NCBI RefSeq assembly: GCF_000150275.1
Contig: NW_002060945.1
Location: forward strand, 5,071,397 to 5,135,396
DNA: 64,000 nt
Direction of reading: 5' to 3'
Source of the DNA: Trichoplax adhaerens
Taxonomy: Eukaryota > Animalia > Placozoa
In this document: one piece after another, positions 55,227 through 64,000 of the stretch
How the letters are laid out: each line of letters begins with the position of its first letter
Position numbering within the stretch: position 1 is the stretch's first letter
Notes under the pieces: generated by a model
What the model was told of the DNA's origin: nothing
The model's database searches: none
Seen by the model: only the letters and a program-made list of their open reading frames with translations
Position numbers and translations under genes: made by a program

Positions 55227-55259
55227 TCGAGTTCCGGCAGATTTCGTTGCAATACCACC

Positions 55260-56533
55260 TGACAACTTTTATACACAGCATATATATATTATTGATACAT
55301 AGCAAAAAGAGTATCATTAGGACACAATAGTAAGCATCAACATTCGTTTTCTCACTTCGTATTTAATTAATTGAGTTCTAAAGAGTCTAAACTGCCATGG
55401 TTTTGCATACGAATCGATTGAAACGTCAATTGCCCGTATACAACGGCCTAAAGATAGTAGTACTTTCGTGTACATCTTGCTTACAACTATACTGTACTCA
55501 ATGCATAAAATACCTACCAATATTAATTTCAATGTATGAAATCATTTGCTGATCACCGAATGAAGTGTCGGTATTATCGCAGATGTAGTGTACTGTACAG
55601 TACAGTAGAAAAATACAAAGATGACTTTATTAATACGATAGCTAACTATTATGCTGTAAAATTTGCGCTCACAAAAATCATACAGATGCTAATCGAATTC
55701 CATCGAGAAATAACCTGAAGACACGGTAGTACTATACTGTACCTTTTTTCTAGCACTTGTGGCCATGATTAACATTTACTTGTTGCTTTTGTGGGCTGAA
55801 CGATACGGTCGATCGATACTGACAGCACAGTACGGTAACTGGTTGGCTGTGATCAGACTCCGCGCTGCTTTGTGTCTTAAAACTACTCTACAGTACAGTA
55901 CTGTACTGTACTGTAGTTTGCGATTTCTGTGTGCAACAGTTACAGATCTTGCAATGTGGCTATTTGGGGCTGAGGTCAGGGTACTGAATCTGACTGACTA
56001 CTGAGAACTGTACACTGTACTGTAATCAAAATACAGTATCTACCGTACTGTACACTGTACAGTACATACTGTACTGTACAGTACTTTTTATTACTGTGCC
56101 CAGGATGAAGCCCATGAGTTTCCGACTTACCGCATACTGTACTGTACAGTATAACCAGTACTTACTGTACAGTACAATACAGTACAGTATAACGCAGCTA
56201 GCAAAAACCTTCAACAACACATTACTGTACTGTAAGTGCACGTACAGTACAGTGTACTGTACAGTAGACCTAAGTACTGTACACTGTACAATAGTCTGAA
56301 CATGGTCTTAACTCTTATGAGTCTGAAGCAGTTTGAAGGTTGATTATTGTGTATCGAGGAAAGAGAAAAATTTGTTTTCTGCTAAAGCAGTCTGTAGCTG
56401 CAGAAGCCTTATAGCTCACACTAATTTAACAACGCATTAACAACGAATTTATAATCTAATCTGCAAAATTGTTGCAGAATCTAGCGTTTATTTGTATATT
56501 GCCTACATAATACTTTGTTATCCTTGTTCCGTG
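55260..56533. promoter_or_regulatory. Probable bidirectional promoter, coiled-coil gene (-) / MEK (+)
   Basis: Head-to-head coding starts about 1.3 kb apart with a central TACAG island. Confidence 0.6.
55885..56290. repeat. Dense TACAG/CTGTA array in the divergent interval between the coiled-coil gene and MEK
   Basis: Direct reading of pentamer units in both orientations. Confidence 0.9.
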
Positions 56534-63352
<6,819 letters not shown>

Positions 63353-64000
63353 ATTAGGTTGCTTAATGGCTTTAGATTTACTTGTATTATTTTAATGCTG
63401 ACAAATTACGAACTTCAATTTTACTATTAATTGTGACGATACACTTGTAGCATATTTTAGCAGATAATAATCAGTTATTATCTACACTGATGAAATTGTT
63501 AACGTATGTTCTTTCACTATTACTGGCCCATCAAATTTGCCTTTGATCTTCTCATCCAATTTACCTATGTATATCAGTGCCTATTTACCACTACTAGTTC
63601 ATTTAATATTATTGTTTCCTTTACGCTATTATAGAATGAATTTAAGTTTTTCATGTCTTTAATAATCCTATGGAGAAATTAACTTGCCACAGAAGAAAAC
63701 TATTTCTAAATTATGCCTCTGGTACATGAAAGCTCATTTTACGAAACCTAATATAAGATTGATTTATTCTATTTATGCTTACCTGGCCTACTAAGTAATC
63801 TACAATTTTAAGTAGACGAAAATAATACGATGACTAGTTGTAACTAATTATCGCAAATTTTAGCCTATTCTTTGCAGGCCGCTGGTCATTTTTACCGCCA
63901 ATATTGTATACTACAATTTATGAGTGCACAGGAAATATCTGATATCATTTGTCAGTTATTAATAAGCTGTAATTTTTTAAATTCGTTTGTATGTGGGTGC

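Overview
AT-rich, gene-dense, intron-rich animal genomic DNA. The short GT-AG introns, ancestral-looking genes and abundant TACAG/CTGTA repeats suggest an early-branching metazoan, most plausibly a placozoan such as Trichoplax (inference, not verified). Nine spliced genes were reconstructed by hand: ARNT (3' part, +), Homer (-), an NCKX1/2-type Na/Ca-K exchanger (+), FKBP8 (-), USP3 (+), a roughly 8-PDZ scaffold with PDZD2/IL-16 signatures and a PATJ/MPDZ-like L27 N-terminus (+), GOLPH3 (-), an uncharacterised coiled-coil gene (-) and MEK1/2 (+). The most notable observations are: (1) palindromic TACAG-pentamer islands concentrated upstream of gene starts, especially divergent pairs; (2) an apparently chimeric L27-PDZD2/IL16 protein lying tail-to-tail with GOLPH3, as recalled for human PDZD2-GOLPH3, within a block that seems to match one vertebrate paralogon; (3) a class I PDZ-binding C-terminus on MEK; (4) several small transposon relics and hairpins, including a 93-bp foldback with an 8-bp TSD and a Helitron-type 3' end. 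No rRNA, tRNA, CRISPR array or prokaryotic segment was found. All comparisons to human or fly sequences are from memory and need database confirmation.
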